This document shows, piece by piece, positions 48,635-62,021 of a stretch of DNA of 64,000 bases. Within the stretch, counting starts at the first letter, position 1. Every line of letters begins with the position of its first letter. The notes under the pieces are model-generated. The model was not told where the DNA came from, ran no database searches, and saw only the letters and a program-made list of their open reading frames with translations. The DNA comes from Podarcis cretensis (lineage: Eukaryota). Where the stretch lies: NCBI GenBank assembly GCA_951804945.1, contig OX638156.1, positions 37,200,001-37,264,000 on the forward strand. Direction: 5' to 3'. A program made the translations under genes and the position numbers.

Positions 48635-49569
48635 AGAGCAGTTAGGCTGGCAGCAACTAGAGACTAGTTCATCTCAGTGGTGATTCCCAACCAATGGGGA
48701 GCTCTTTCGAGAAATATATGGCAGGGTCCTTTAGTTCAGATTTTTAAGGAACTGTCAAAAACTCATTTGCTTCCCTTGAGACATTTTATTATTTAGGTTG
48801 TTGCTTTTGGGGTTATTGTATTTTGTATTACTGGACATATTTAATCTGGCTGGGTTTTTTATTGCAGGGATGGCTGTATATTGAGCTTCTTTATGATTTG
48901 TTTATGGGGAGATTAGATGAAGTTGCATCAAGCAACCACCACTCCACAATTTCCAGTGTATCTGTTTTAGATTCTTTTGGAGGATGTCCAACATAAGCAC
49001 AAATGCCTGAGTATGGACACAGCCCTGAGCATCACTCCCTCCCAGAGCTTAGCGGTTTGGGGCTTAAGCACTCACAAGGGCAGGGAAAGGCAGGAAGAGA
49101 AAACAGTCTTTGTTCGGGCAGACACCACAAGCCCATGTTACTATGACAGCAGCAACAACCATTTCCTCTCCTCTGAGCCAGTGCCTCAGTGTGCCTGGAT
49201 TGGAGCCCCTGGGAATCCTCCGCCTGCCTTTGGGTTTGCATATGGAAGTTCAGATATCAATTGTGATGCAATAATAGGCCCATCGAAAGAAAACCATGAC
49301 ATGGAAGAGTCAAAATCCATTCCCAAACAGCTGCTTGCATAGAAAGATCCACAGAAGAAACAAGCTCTTGATTTAGTTTAGTTTCCTCTCTCCTCTTCCC
49401 ACCACACCTCTGCAGTGTATGAATGAAATTTCTGAATGAAAGAAGGTTTGGGACACTGAGAAGGGGACCTGGAGCCCTCCTGTAAAGGCATTTGTGGCTA
49501 GCTGGTGAGAGGAGGAGAGCTCTGGAGAAAGACTGTCTGCCAGTTGGTTCTTGCTCGGAGCCTGTTTAG

Positions 49570-49775
49570 CTTTATTTATTTATTTCCCACGTTTTTCTCC
49601 AAGGAGCTCAAAATGGCACAACATGGTTCTCCCCATTTTCATTTATTCCCCACAACAACCCTGTGAGGTGGGTTAGCCCAAGAACCCAGTGAGTTTCATG
49701 GCTGAGTAGGGATTTGAACCCTGGTCTCCCAGTTTCTAGTCTGACAGTCTACCCATTACAGCATACTGACTCTCC
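49570..49775 (-). mobile_element. CORE/MIR-like SINE
   Basis: cacaacaaccctgtgaggt...gggatttgaaccctggtctccc. Confidence 0.78.
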
Positions 49776-50543
49776 TTAGTGTTACGGTTGAACTTCTAGG
49801 GCAGTTCAATTTTTTTTAAAAAAGTATTTTACTTCCAAACTGCAGCAGTCAAGAACAAATCCCAGTTAAGGGTGGCAGGAGAAATTAAAGCCAGAGGGCA
49901 TCAGAAGCATTGCAGACTCTTAATATTCACTTGTGGGGTCTGCTGCTTTGAAAACCACTGCTTTTAAAAAAAATAGGTTGTATTTCTGTCTTACTTTTGT
50001 ACTCTGTTGGTTTTGTGTGAACTGCCTTGTGTGCTTCTGTAGGCACACTAATTATTTTTCTAGATATGTGGTGATGAGAACAGTTTTATATGTATTGAAT
50101 CGTTGTGATAACTGCATTGAACCAAGGAAAGGCCATATGCAAAATGAAAAGCAAGGAAGGTTTGAGATGAAAAAACTCAGTCCTTGGATGCAAAACTGTC
50201 CTTGGTGATGGCCTGTGGGGGCCTTTCCTGCTCTCCTTTGCAAGAGGTTTTGTTTTCTGTGTTCTGATCTTATGAGGCAGGAACTGAGGATGCGTGTGGA
50301 AGAGAATTTCCAGCAGCAGCTCCTGGACAGGATTAGTGCAGAAGCTGCCAGCTGATGAATCAGGTCCCTCCTTGAATGGTTGATCACCCAGATACAGCTG
50401 AAAGGGAGCCGTCATCATCCAGCAGCATCTTTGATGTGCCAGAGGGATCCACTTTGACACATGAGAGGCAGCAATACTAGTGATCATGTGCAGAGTGCTC
50501 TGCTTGCTTAGTGGCTTCTTGACAGTTTTGAGACTTGCATCTG

Positions 50544-51225
50544 TGTTACGGTAAAATCTGGGTGCGAGGCTGCTCTGCCACCCAGCTCGTTGGACTAAGT
50601 CCGCGGGTCCCTGCGGAGGAAAATGAGCTCAGCCAGAGACAGGAGCAAGCTGCAGAAGATCCAACTTTATTGCGCAACAGGTTCAAGGCGAGATTGAACA
50701 GCGAGAAAGGGGTGACATGAACTTTTGAAACTTCCCTCCATGTCCCAGAATACAGTGCAAAATACATCCCAGTTACATCATGAATACATTAAAAAGAGGT
50801 TGGGTTACACAGGTTACATCATGAATACATTAAGAAGAGGTTGGGTTACACAGGATTAACATATGGAGGAGGGAGGGAGGAATATGCAGAGTTGGAGATA
50901 TGCGCAGATAAACACTTCCTGAGTACCGGTGATGAGAAGACAATGGTTCAAATATGTATAGTCTGCCACCTGGCATTGCCCGGAGGAAAGGCTGGGCAGA
51001 GCGATTTGACCAGATTAGGGTCTTCCTGAGTACGTGACACCTCGCTCGGGGGATCATGGAGGCAGGGGAGGTGTCATGGAGTCCTAGAGAAATTGAGCAA
51101 ATTGGCACGTTGAGTTTCTATGAATTTTATAGATTTTAGTCCCTTTTGACATTGACAATTGGAAATAAATGGATATATTGTAGCGAAGAAGAAGGTAAAG
51201 AAGACATGCCCCCCCTTCCGTATCA
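50544..51225 (-). mobile_element. Solo LTR (682 bp)
   Basis: TIR TGTTACGG / CCGTATCA, perfect 5-bp TSD ATCTG; minus-strand AATAAA near 50670; internal 41-bp tandem duplication 50772-50853. Confidence 0.9.
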
Positions 51226-51979
51226 ATCTGGCACTCTGTTCTCCACTAGTTCCTTTTCTCCTCCTTTCTTTCTTTTTCTTCAACATCTCCAGTGTGCATA
51301 ATTACCCTCTCATACCCTGTGGGCCAACCCATGTAATGCAAAGTGTAATGTTTGCGAAACAATTTTAGATACAGTTAAGGCAACTTTGTGAAGGGCCTTC
51401 TCAGTGAGTGAGTTCTGCATTTATTAGATAAATAGATAAAAGATTGGGCAACAGCCTCAAGAAGACCCATGGTGAGGACTATATTGTTTCATTGGCTTAA
51501 ACTATATAATGCTTATGTTAAAAAAAACCCTCTAAGCAGCGTAAAGCACAGATTAAGACATTTTACATTGGGGGGGAAATGCAAAAAGTACCCCAGAGAA
51601 TTTCCACACCCTACAAGGAACAATTAACAATGGGGGAAAAAAAAAACTTTCTCCTCTTTAGAGTTGAAATGAACATGACATAGAAAACACAAGGAAAACC
51701 TCACGGAAAATGGTGAAACAGAATATCCTCTAAACATCAGGAAATAGAATATTACAAGTGAAAACCAACCAAAAAGTATCAGTTCATGTTTTTAAATATT
51801 ATGATAACTAATTAGGCAAAAAAAGAGTCCGCTCTCTCTTCCCATCCACCCAATGAAACCAACCAACTCAGTTAGATCCCCAGCCGCCTATTCAAAAATA
51901 AACACAAATTTAACTACAACTAGAAACACATCCCATTCAGTTCATTTCCAGCACACCCTTAAATGATCAACAAGGAAGC

Positions 51980-52110
51980 ATAATAGAATAGCAGAGTTGG
52001 AAGGGACCCTGAGGGTCATCTGGTCCAACCCTCTGCAGTGCAGCAATCTCAACTAAAGCACTCGGGACAGATGACCATCCAACTGCTGCTTAAAAACCTC
52101 CAATGAAGCA
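51980..52110 (-). mobile_element. CR1 3' end
   Basis: agagttggaagggaccctgagggtcatctggtccaacc. Confidence 0.8.
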
Positions 52111-54322
52111 GGTGTTTCATCAATGAAACACACATAAACACCCTCAACTGGTCCACTCATTTCTCACACACTTGCCAGCCACATTCTCCATGCTCTGCAA
52201 CCACTCCCATAATTTAACAGTCCATCCCATCTTGTGGAATGGCCACACATTCAATCTAATACATCTATGGCTTAGAGATGTGAGTTATTTACACTAGAGA
52301 TTGATTTATCCATTTGATAATTAGTAACCTTCAATACTTACAAAAAACCTTTTAGCAATCAGTTGGCATTTAATTAACACACAATAACTGTCTTATTAAA
52401 TCTGCAATAAATGCCTGTTGGAGTTAATTAAAGCTCAGACCTTGGGGTGGGTGAACCCACCACCCACCAGGTGATTCTTGGGGGAGAGTTCTTGGTTGGA
52501 ACTCTCAGCACAGGAGCTATCAATATCTCCTGCTTAAGCTTGCATTGTGAATGGACAAGAGGTTGCTCTGGTGCATGGCCAATCTGCCGCACGGAATATC
52601 CTAAGCACTGGAACTTAAGATTCAGAACAGGCACAATTAAATTTTGGAATTTGCTACCACTAGATGAAGCTAGCTTGGCTAGCTTTAAAAGAGAATTGGG
52701 TCCATTCATGGAAAATGAATCTGCCAAAGTCATGATGATGTCTACATGCAATCTCCAGGTTCAGAGACTGCAGGCCTTTAACTTCCAGCCATTGGGGAGC
52801 AACAACAAGGCTTGGTCATGGCTCCCAAAGTGGGTGGTACCCAGGGGCTGCTATCAAAGTGATTGGCTGGCTCCCCTGTCACTCTATTTCACCACCACCA
52901 CCCCATCCTAATCCCACTAGGATTGCACACTTCCATGTTTCCACAGCCAAAATAGCGGCGCCAAAGATGTCCATTTGCACGAGGGGAATTAAAGTGTGTA
53001 GATGTGGTAGGCGGGGGTAGGGAGAAGGGTTTCTGCTTTAGGAAAAGGAAAATATGCCTGGACATTCAACCACAGATCGACGTTCAGTGCTCCTTGGCCC
53101 TTGCTCACTGATCTGCTGCCAGCCCATAGATAGCTGGAACATGAACCTTACTGTGGTGTACAGTATTAGCAAATTTGAATGCAGCCAAGCTCTGAGCCAT
53201 TGATGAAATTGCACTTCGGTTCACAGCATCCTCAAGGGTGGGGCTGCAGAGGCCATCAAGCCCAGCCTCCTGCTCAAAGCAGGGACCCCAGAGACTCAGC
53301 CACAGAGGTACCAGCCCAGCTTCTGCTCAACGGCCTCCACCAGCCCTTGAAGTCTTTGGCTCCTACTCAGAAAGCATCTCATGATGCTCAGCCAAAGCCT
53401 ATCATCCTGTCACTTAAGACGACGACATCCAGCCCTGCCCTCTTCTGTGTGGAGACAGCACTTCAGAGCGTCATCAAGGCTCCCTGTGCCCCCCCCCCAG
53501 TTACCCAGTGATGGATATACAATAGCCAGGACATGAGGATTGCTATCTAAGTACAATGTTGCCCATTGAAGGAAATAAACGCAGGGTATTAAATGTTAAA
53601 AACTGTGTTAAATTAGATAAGAAAATCCCATGTAGACTTTGCTAATGATTCATAATCAGCTAATAAGCTCATCTCTAGGAGAATAATGATCCACAGACCT
53701 GTGAGCTCATTTATCACGATGTTTTACAACACTGGCAAAGAAACTAATTAAATCCCAGCATCGTTACATAGAATTCCTTTTAATAGAGATACAATGATGC
53801 ACTGGAGGCTACAGATTACGCGGCTGCAAATTGTACCCAGAGACTTCGGACAGCAGGTTTTAATTAACATGTTGGTGCGATGCCACTCGGTGGAAGGAGT
53901 AACTAACCAGGAAGCAGCTGCACTTGGAAAATTAGGCAGCTGGGGGGGGGTGTGGTTGTGGGAAGAAGGAGGATGGAGAGGAAAGAGGGACTGTGCTGGA
54001 ATCTGCCACCCTGCCAGGGCTGGGGAAGGACTGTGGGTCTAGAGACTCTAGAGAGCAATTGCTGCCAGTCAGTGTAGACAATACTGAACTATATGGACCC
54101 AATGGTCTCACTCAGTGTAAGGCAGCTTCCTATGTACCAGGAGGGGATCTGAGGCTGTTGCCCAGGTAAATGAGGCAGCAGGAAGCCTCCCAGACCTCTC
54201 AATGCTTTTCCTTTTTACAGAGATTGTTTTGGTCCAGCTGACAGAGAAGGAGAGAAAGGCCATCCAGCAATGGACTTCCTTCCTCCCAGAGTTGTTTTCC
54301 TATCTGAAAATGGGCCTTTTCT

Positions 54323-55030
54323 CATAAGGACATAAGAAGAGCCTGCTGGATCAGGTCAGTGGCCCATCTAGTCCAGCATCCTGTTCTCACAGTGGCCACC
54401 CAGATGCCCTAAAGGGCAGCCAGTAAGCAGGATTCAAGCACAACAGTCCTCTCCCCTCTTGTGGCTTCCAGCAATTGACATTCAGAAGCATTGCTGCCTC
54501 CAGTTGTGGAGGCACATCATCGCCATTGTGGCTAGTAGCTATCAGTAGACCTCTCCTGCATGAATTTGTCTAATCCTCTTTTACAGCCATCTTAGTTGGA
54601 GACTGAAATATACTCGGAGTCGAGAGTGGATTTCATGCTCTTTATTCAGCTCATAGTGGTGAGGAGGAATGGAAGTTCCCCCAGAATGTCTGCTTTATAT
54701 ACATTATTTACACAATAGGCCCCACGTGATTGGCTAATTCCAGGATTCTCCTGTAGGCCAATCAGGTTGTGGATTCACTTCCACCTGGAGCTGGATTGGG
54801 TGGCTCCTGTGGACCAATCAGACTGCTGCATTCTGGATCCTATTGTTCTAGGACCAATCAGACTGCTGCATTTTGGATCCTCTTCAACTCAGTACATAAC
54901 AGAGAACATTACTGCCTCCTGAGGGAGTGAGTTCCACAGTTAAACTCTGTGCTGCATTGAAGAAGTCCTTTCTTTCATCTGTCCTGAATCTTCCAGCATT
55001 CAGCTTCAATGGATGTCCATGAGGATCTGA
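54323..55030 (-). mobile_element. CR1 3' fragment split by a solo LTR
   Basis: cataagaagagcctgctggatcagg tail; resumes collinearly after 54906. Confidence 0.85.
54604..54901 (-). mobile_element. Solo LTR (298 bp)
   Basis: TG...CA, TSD GAGAC/GAGAA; several CCAAT boxes, minus-strand TATA (tttatata) and AATAAA; duplicated ggaccaatcagactgctgcatt. Confidence 0.85.
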
Positions 55031-55369
55031 GTGTGTGCCTGAATGTCATGTTGCAATTCCTGGTGAGGATGCCTCCAGTCAGACAAGATGGGTCGCAAAG
55101 GGGGAAGTTCTGCTTGCCTTTCTGGCAAAGTTCATGGGTTCAAGGCCAGGCCAGGGAAAGTGGGCAGAGGCCGGCCTCAGGCTTCCTAGTACTGGGTGCT
55201 TGAAGGACCACTGGCCTTCAGACCCTGCTTTGCACCTCTCTCAAGGCAGAGGACAAGCAAGCAAGGCGCTGCCCTGGCTTTCCCCAGCATCCTCCAAGGT
55301 CAAAAAGGAAAGACAAGCTCCCCCATGCTCCCATTGTGGGAATGTTCAGGGGTGCAGGAGAGGATGTAT

Positions 55370-55868
55370 TGTGAGATTATATCCTAATCCAACTTGTGCT
55401 AACAAGTTCCCAAAATATCAGCAGAGTTTATGACATTCCCCTTTAAGTTCGCAACGGTAACGTCTGCACAGGTTCGCCAGAACCTCTATAATAATTACTC
55501 TGGTAATTTCCCCTTTTGTTCCCTCTTAAAATACAAGATACGACACAGTCTTTATAAAAGTATAAAAGAGTTACTCACGTTCTGTTCACAATGTGATCCC
55601 AGAAGGCAGACAGCTTTAAAAAGGTTACATACACTTAGAATCTATCTTATAGGAAGATAGTACTGTCCTCTCTTGGCTGAGAGCCAAGAGGGCATGTTGC
55701 TCCTTCAGAAGATGAAGATGAGAGAGAGAGATATGGCTGCCTGCCCTGTGCTTTTATCATTTACCTGCACAGGTGAGGCCACACCCACCTCTGGTCCCAT
55801 GCGGAGGAAGTCCGTCCCCAGGAAGTTTACCTACTTGCTAGACAGACATCCCTCCCCATGTTCTAACA
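55370..55868 (-). mobile_element. Solo LTR (499 bp)
   Basis: TGTGAGA / TCTAACA termini, TSD TGTAT/TGTAC; minus-strand splice donor GTGAGTAAC; hairpin ctcttggctgagagccaagag. Confidence 0.75.
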
Positions 55869-56487
55869 TGTACACTCTAGGAATGTTGCCATTGACTGCT
55901 CCTGTGTTTACATCCCACACCCATTCCCCGACTTCCATCCAGCTGTGCTCTGCTTCTCAGGCTAGCATACTGAGCAAACCCCTCCCCAGCTTCATTTGAT
56001 GTTGCCTCAGTTGTCTGGCCTCATTCGGCTGGAAAAGTCCAGATAGAGCGCTCTATGTCCTCCTCTTCCTTGCGAGGATTGGGCAACCTCAAAGTGTGTT
56101 AACATGGCCAAAGCTGGGACACCTGCCAAGACGGGGGAGGGGGTCAAGGAGAAGGACTGATCCTGTATCCCAGAAAGCTATCGGTGTAGTCACATTTGCT
56201 TTTTGCCCCATGCTTCCTAGGCACAGGTCCGCACTTTAAAGCTTCGTGTCCAAGCACTTTTTTTTTTTAACCTGTAGCCTTCCCCAGGAAAACCCAATCT
56301 TTAATGCTGAATCAGAAAATCAAAGTCCTTTTTCCTTTTTCCTTCTTCTCTTTTTCTCTTTCTTTTCTCCTATTTTTTGGTTTTCCTTTGGTGCTTTTGT
56401 TTCTCTTTCGCTCTGTTTTTCTTCTTATTTAGATTATATTCTTTTATCTTATTGTATTATGGAAAAACTTAAGTATATGTACATGTA

Positions 56488-56722
56488 CAGTGGTACCTCT
56501 GGTTGCAAATGGGATCTGTTCCGGAGGCCCATTCGCAACATGAGCAGAACACAACCCACGTCTGCACAGGTCACGATTCGCTGCTTCTGTGCATCCATGT
56601 GACATCATTTTGAGCATCTGCGCATGTCCGAGCGCAGTAACCCTTTCTGCTACTTCCAGGTCGCCACAGGATGCAACCTGAATATTCTCAACCTTAAGCA
56701 AATGGAACGTGAGGTATGACTG
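56488..56722. mobile_element. Tc1/mariner-pogo MITE
   Basis: CAGTGGTACCTC ... GAGGTATGACTG with TA flanks. Confidence 0.82.
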
Positions 56723-57432
56723 TATATGTATATGTATGTATGTATATATAAACAGCAATACAATTTTTCCGTGTATTGCTGTTTGCTCCAATTCCAAGCT
56801 AAGGAGTGGGTTTTTGTGGGGAAATCATTGGGGGGTGGGGAGTACTCAGACAGGGAGCTTTAACATAGAGACCTGGGTCTAAACATGCCGTCCAAAAGGA
56901 AGTGTGGATGAGCCCATAGATACAAGGTGGGTATGAAGGGGAAAGTGGCCTTTAATTTCTCAGGGCCCCCACTCGCTGAAGATGGGATTTCTCCCAGGTG
57001 AGAAGGGTGAGGCAGGGAGCCAGCCTTGGGCTCTGGGGTGGCACGAGGGCTCCTCCTTCCCCCCACGTGGACCCATCTTGGCTTGCAGCCAGGCAATTCA
57101 AGTCTCCTCCGATGATGCCAATTAGTATCCTCAAGGGCCCGAGCCTGGTGCTCAGACACAATCGCAGGGTGTGCAGCAGCAAGGCTGGAAGCGTCCATTA
57201 GCCATTACAGCTCTCATTAGTCCTTGAAAAACAACTCATTAGTGTCCTTAGAACTGACAGGTAAATACAACTAATGGGGCAAATCTATCAATAAATTCAT
57301 TGTATGGAGAAACCTGGCTTTCTGTCATTGCACAGCCACTGTGTGCCAATGTTTCCTCTTCCTCCTCCTCCTTCAGAAGGTTAAGTGCTGCTCCTTTAGC
57401 AAAACTCTGGCTAAGCGGCCCAGCACTTAAAC

Positions 57433-57434
<2 letters not shown>

Positions 57435-57467
<33 letters not shown>
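57435..57467. repeat. (GA)n microsatellite
   Basis: Read directly. Confidence 0.95.
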
Positions 57468-57468
<1 letters not shown>

Positions 57469-58109
57469 AGGGAAGGAGGGTGATGAGGATGACACCAAAG
57501 GACTTCGTTTCTGCAGAGGAGGAGGAGGGCAGGTTCACAGGGAGTTAAGGTTGCTCCCGACTGTCACAGCTGCAGAGGCAAAATGAAACTCTAGACAGTA
57601 TTGATTTGCTTTAATTTAATTGCTTATAACAGTGCCTAAGGAGCAGGATGAGCAGGATGGAGAAATGCTGGCCAAGCCTGGCAGCAGGACCGAGAACACC
57701 AGGGCCTCCTGATCCTCCTTAGCTGCGATTTCTGCACTGCAGAGGGTTGGACTAGATGACCCTTGGGGGTCCCTTCCGATTCTAACATTCTAGGATCCTC
57801 CTTCCTGTTTCTGGACCAGCAGAACTACAGCCATTTTTAAATGTCTGGCAACTCCCAGGCAAACATATGGTCACCTACAGGCACTGCTCTCTATCAGGGA
57901 AAACTTTTACTTGCTTCATCTCAAATTTGAAGCAAGGAACCTTGCTATTAAAAGGCAACAAGGAGAGAATAGTTTGTTAATTAAAAGCTGAATTGGGAAT
58001 AGATTTACTGCTGCTACTGCCACCCTTCCCAGCCTAGAAGGGGCAGACTCTTTCCAGACCAATTAGTACCACAAGGAAATACCGGTAGATGTGAAGAAGT
58101 ATTTAATGG

Positions 58110-58113
<4 letters not shown>

Positions 58114-58161
<48 letters not shown>
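58114..58161. repeat. (GA)n microsatellite
   Basis: Read directly. Confidence 0.95.
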
Positions 58162-58165
<4 letters not shown>

Positions 58166-58695
58166 CTCCTGGAGATCTTCTCTTGGAGCACTTCTCTTCT
58201 GACCAAATGTTGAGAGATGCCATGGGTGCTTGAAGCTGAAAGCGTTAATTTCCTAAGGCAGGTCAGTGGATTTCCTTTCTGCAAAGTAGGGATGCTGATT
58301 TCTACAAATCAAAACGGCAGGTGCCTATCTTGCAATTGTCACCAGCTGCATTTGGAATCATATCAGCAGAGTAAATATTTAGGTTTGGAAAATGCAAAGT
58401 ATTTAAAATATTAACCATAGTTGACACCACTGGAACCCCACACTCCACAATACATATAAGCTCCTAGGCTAGAGAGGCCATCAGTAAGGGGGGGGGGCTA
58501 TAACTTTGGTGGCATCCTGGGGAAGCTCACTATCCTGTCCACACGAGGTTAGAGAGTAACATACATAGTAATTTGTAACTGTTCACTCTCCTTTTTAAGA
58601 AACATAACGAAACAGGCCTAGCAGGCATTTCAGGTTCTCCATATTCCAATACAATTCTGATTTATGCCCCACCATAATGATTCACATAGGAATGG

Positions 58696-59074
58696 GGGGA
58701 TGCGGGTGGAGCTGTGGTCTAAACCACTGAGCCTCTTGGACTCACCGATAGAAAGGTCGGTGTTTCAAATCCCTGTGACAGGGTGAGCTCCTGTTGTTCT
58801 GTCCCAGCTTCTGCCAACCTAGCAGTTCAAAAGCATGAAAGTGCAAGTAGATAAATGGGTACTGCTGTGGCGGGAAGGTAAACTGTGTTTCCGTGCGCTG
58901 CTCTGGCTTCTGTCACGGTGTTCCGTTGCTCCAGAAGTGGTTTAGTCATGCTGGCCAAAAAGCTGTCTGTGGACAATCGCCGGCTCCCTCGGCCTGAAAG
59001 CGAGATAAGTGATGCACCCCTTAGTCACCTTTGACTGGACCTAACCATCCAGGAGTCCTTTACCTTTACCTTTT
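58696..59074 (+). mobile_element. Sauria SINE
   Basis: Typical body and ACCTTT tail; TSD ACATAGGAA at 58684-92 and 59075-83. Confidence 0.93.
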
Positions 59075-59325
59075 ACATAGGAACATAAGAAGAGCCTGCT
59101 GGTTCAGGCCAGTAGTCCATCTAGTCCATCATTCTGCTCTCACAGGGGCCAATCAGCGAGGGAAACAAGCAAGCACAAGAGCACTCTCCTCTCCAGCGGT
59201 TCTCAACAGCTGGTACTCTCTTGCAGACGTCAGGCTAGGTGGCAGGTAGATAAAAATTAATGCATTGTTACAAGTTTGTGGGGCTCAGTCTGGATTATGC
59301 CTTCCAAATTTTAGGATCCTGCATC

Positions 59326-59800
59326 TGTGGAGGTAGCAGACATGAAAGCAAGCTTGCCAAACCAGTCCCTTTCTCTGATGAAATGGTTTTGGCTGACTAG
59401 TTAAGCACCATGTTTAGCATAACCAAAGGAGTTGCTCTGTGCCACAGAACAAATGGGTGGGCCTCTGCCTTCCCCCCATGTAGCTAATAGGTAGAAGAAC
59501 AATAGCCTGAGGTTTGGGGTGCGAGCTGAGCTGAAAACAGGCTAGAAGCTGGAGACACGGAGACCAGCTTGCTCTGTGCTAGATCCAAAGCTGTGACTAA
59601 AGGAGAAGCAAAATCTCCATTAATGCTGTGTTAATGCTGTGAGCCCCTCCATCTTATGCTCAGGATGTATATATGTGTAAATAAAACTATATATCCCAAA
59701 GACACCATAGTCTCCAATAACCTTCATTCCAAGGAAACTGAACTAAATGCTGGAACCCCCAGAATCTCTTATTGCTTGGAGATTGTGGTGACGTGTAACA
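59326..59800 (+). mobile_element. Old solo LTR
   Basis: TGT...TGTAACA, possible TSD GCATC/GTATC, AATAAA near 59680; homologous to 8864-9228. Confidence 0.65.
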
Positions 59801-59834
59801 GTATCCCTCTTGAAGAGAGAGGAAAGAGAGGCAA

Positions 59835-59880
59835 AGGAAGGAAGGAAGGAAGGAAGGAAGGAAGGAAGGAAGGAAGGAAG
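59835..59880. repeat. (GGAA)n microsatellite
   Basis: Read directly. Confidence 0.95.
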
Positions 59881-60458
59881 TTTTGCATTTTCTGCAGCAT
59901 CTCGTCCTCTCCTGCCTAGTCTTTGTGGGACATCCCTCCTCGTCCCCTCCTTCCCAGTAAGCCAGGGTTTCTACACCCATCTCATTGATGCTCCTGCTTT
60001 GCTTCCTAATCCACCATGTGTGATCTCCACCCCAGTCCATTTCTCCCAGGAGGAGATTACATTGAAGCTGGAGGAGGGAGACCCAGCCGGGACTTCAGCC
60101 AGGCAAGGAGGCAAACACCTTTCAGCCAAAACTGGGAGGGGGCCTGGGCTGAGATTCTGAGGAGGAGAGATGGATTCTAGAGGAATTGCTAGAGTGACTC
60201 TCCAGAGGATTTTCCTGATGCAAAGCTAACAAGACACAGCGATAATTTCATTGGAACTGGCCTCATTCCAAGTTGAGTTTTAAATATGGCTTATAAAACA
60301 AACACCATCCCCCACAAGCATTAAAGGAGAGGAAAATAACAGAATGGGGGCTGCAGAAATGGGCTCTATTGTGGGACCAAAACTGTCAATCATGCACGTT
60401 GACAGGCATCTCAGATTGACAGACAGGCTCTCTCTCTTGACTTCAGTTATCTAGGGGG

Positions 60459-60590
60459 NNNNNNNNNNNNNNNNNNNNNNNNNNNNNNNNNNNNNNNNNN
60501 NNNNNNNNNNNNNNNNNNNNNNNNNNNNNNNNNNNNNNNNNNNNNNNNNNNNNNNNNNNNNNNNNNNNNNNNNNNNNNNNNNNNNNNNNN
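60459..60590. other. Assembly gap (132 N)
   Basis: Run of N. Confidence 1.
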
Positions 60591-61120
60591 TCAGAACTTT
60601 ACAAAACAAAATGAACTATTTAGGGAATACAGCATGTTTTTCAATGAATATGAAGGACACCTCCCCACTAGCGAGCTGTACCAATTCATAGCTCTCCTGT
60701 TTAGATGTTAGTTGCCACTGCTGCCCACCAGGGTCAGTCTCACAAGAGCTCTTGGCTTTGTTCTGCTTTTTCTTAAAACAACTTAGAAACAACAGGGAGA
60801 GGTTTGCATCCCAACTTTCTAACCAGGGACAGGTGCTACAAAGCTATTTCCTTCCCTAATAAGTGCCACTTTGAGGTGAAACCATCTTGGGAGAAAGGAG
60901 GAGGGCCAGAAATTCTGGGACATTGCAGGAGCATTAAACAAGGGCATGTATTTAAATAATTTTCTGTTGTTGGCCTTGGCACTAGAGAAATTTCTTTTCT
61001 TTTTTTTAAATTGAAGCTTACCCTGAGTAAGATGTTGCACTTCTTTTTTCCTTTCAGTTGAAAACCCAAGTGATCTGGAAGGACAATTGTGATGCAGCAG
61101 ACCCCTGCAATGCAGGAATC

Positions 61121-61260
61121 TTAAGGCAGCCCTGTTCAGGGAAGTTTTTAACGTGTGATTTTACTGTATTTTTGGTTTTTATGGAAGCCGCCCAGAGTGG
61201 CTGGGAAGGCCCAGCCAGATGGGCGGGATATAAATAATAAATTATTATTATTATTATTAT
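61121..61260 (+). mobile_element. Short L2 3' end with (TTA)n tail
   Basis: Closely similar to the 3' end at 36125-36290. Confidence 0.9.
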
Positions 61261-61713
61261 CACACCCAGCCCCCAAATAAGGAGAATCCACGACCTTCTG
61301 AGGGAGTCCATTCCACTACTGAATAGCTCTTACCACCAGAAAGTTCTTCCTGATGTTTAGTCAGAATCTCCTTTCTTGTAATTTGAGCCCTTTAGTTCAG
61401 GTTCTACCTCTTGGAGAAGCGGAAAACAAGCTCGCTCCATCTTCCATGTGAGAGGCCTCCGAACCCTTTAGGTATTTGAAGAGAGTTATCATATCTCCTC
61501 TCAGTCTCCTCTTTTCCCAGCTAAACATACCTCAACCATTCCTCACAAGGCTTGTTTTGCAGACCTTTGATAATCCTGGTCGCCCTGCTCTGCATACATT
61601 CCAGCTTCTCCATTTACTTCTTAAACTGTGATGCCTAGAACTGGACACAGGATTCCAGGTGTGGTCTGACCAAGGCAGAATGGAGCAGGACTATTACTTC
61701 CCTTGATCAAGAC

Positions 61714-61849
61714 CAGGCATAGGCAAACTCAGCCCCCCAGATGTTTTGGGACTACAACTCCCATCATCCCTAGCTAACAGGACCAGTGGTCAGGGATGAT
61801 GGGAATTGTAGTCTCAAAACATCTGGAGGGCTGAGTTTGCCTATGCCTG
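61714..61849. mobile_element. Palindromic hAT MITE (136 bp)
   Basis: TIR CAGGCATAGGCAAACTCAGCCC extends over almost the whole element; 8-bp TSD ATCAAGAC / ATCAGGAC. Confidence 0.93.
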
Positions 61850-62021
61850 ATCAGGACACTACACTTCTCTTTATGCAATATAGAATTGCATTAGCTTAAG
61901 GAGGGTGAAGCATCTTGGCCAGGGAGGGGCATAGCTTGGAGCAATGGGGGCGTGGTCTGCTGGTTGGAGGCCCACACGTCCCGCTGTTGGACCTGAGGCT
62001 TTTCTACCCTTAGATATAGGA

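Larger units (their letters stand above)
61075..61895 (-). mobile_element. CR1 fragment hosting an L2 tail and a hAT MITE
   Basis: tgatgcctagaactggacacag.attccaggtgtggtctgaccaaggcagaat RT-end motifs on the minus strand. Confidence 0.85.

Noticed and set aside
50272-50355. Protein-looking peptide MRQELRMRVEENFQQQLLDRISAEAAS after a weak acceptor
   Set aside because: Only 27 aa, no recognised homolog and no partner exons; plausible by chance. TBLASTN or RNA-seq would settle it.
50772-50853. Tandem 41-bp repeat as a CRISPR-like array
   Set aside because: Two adjacent units with no spacer, inside an LTR; an ordinary enhancer duplication.
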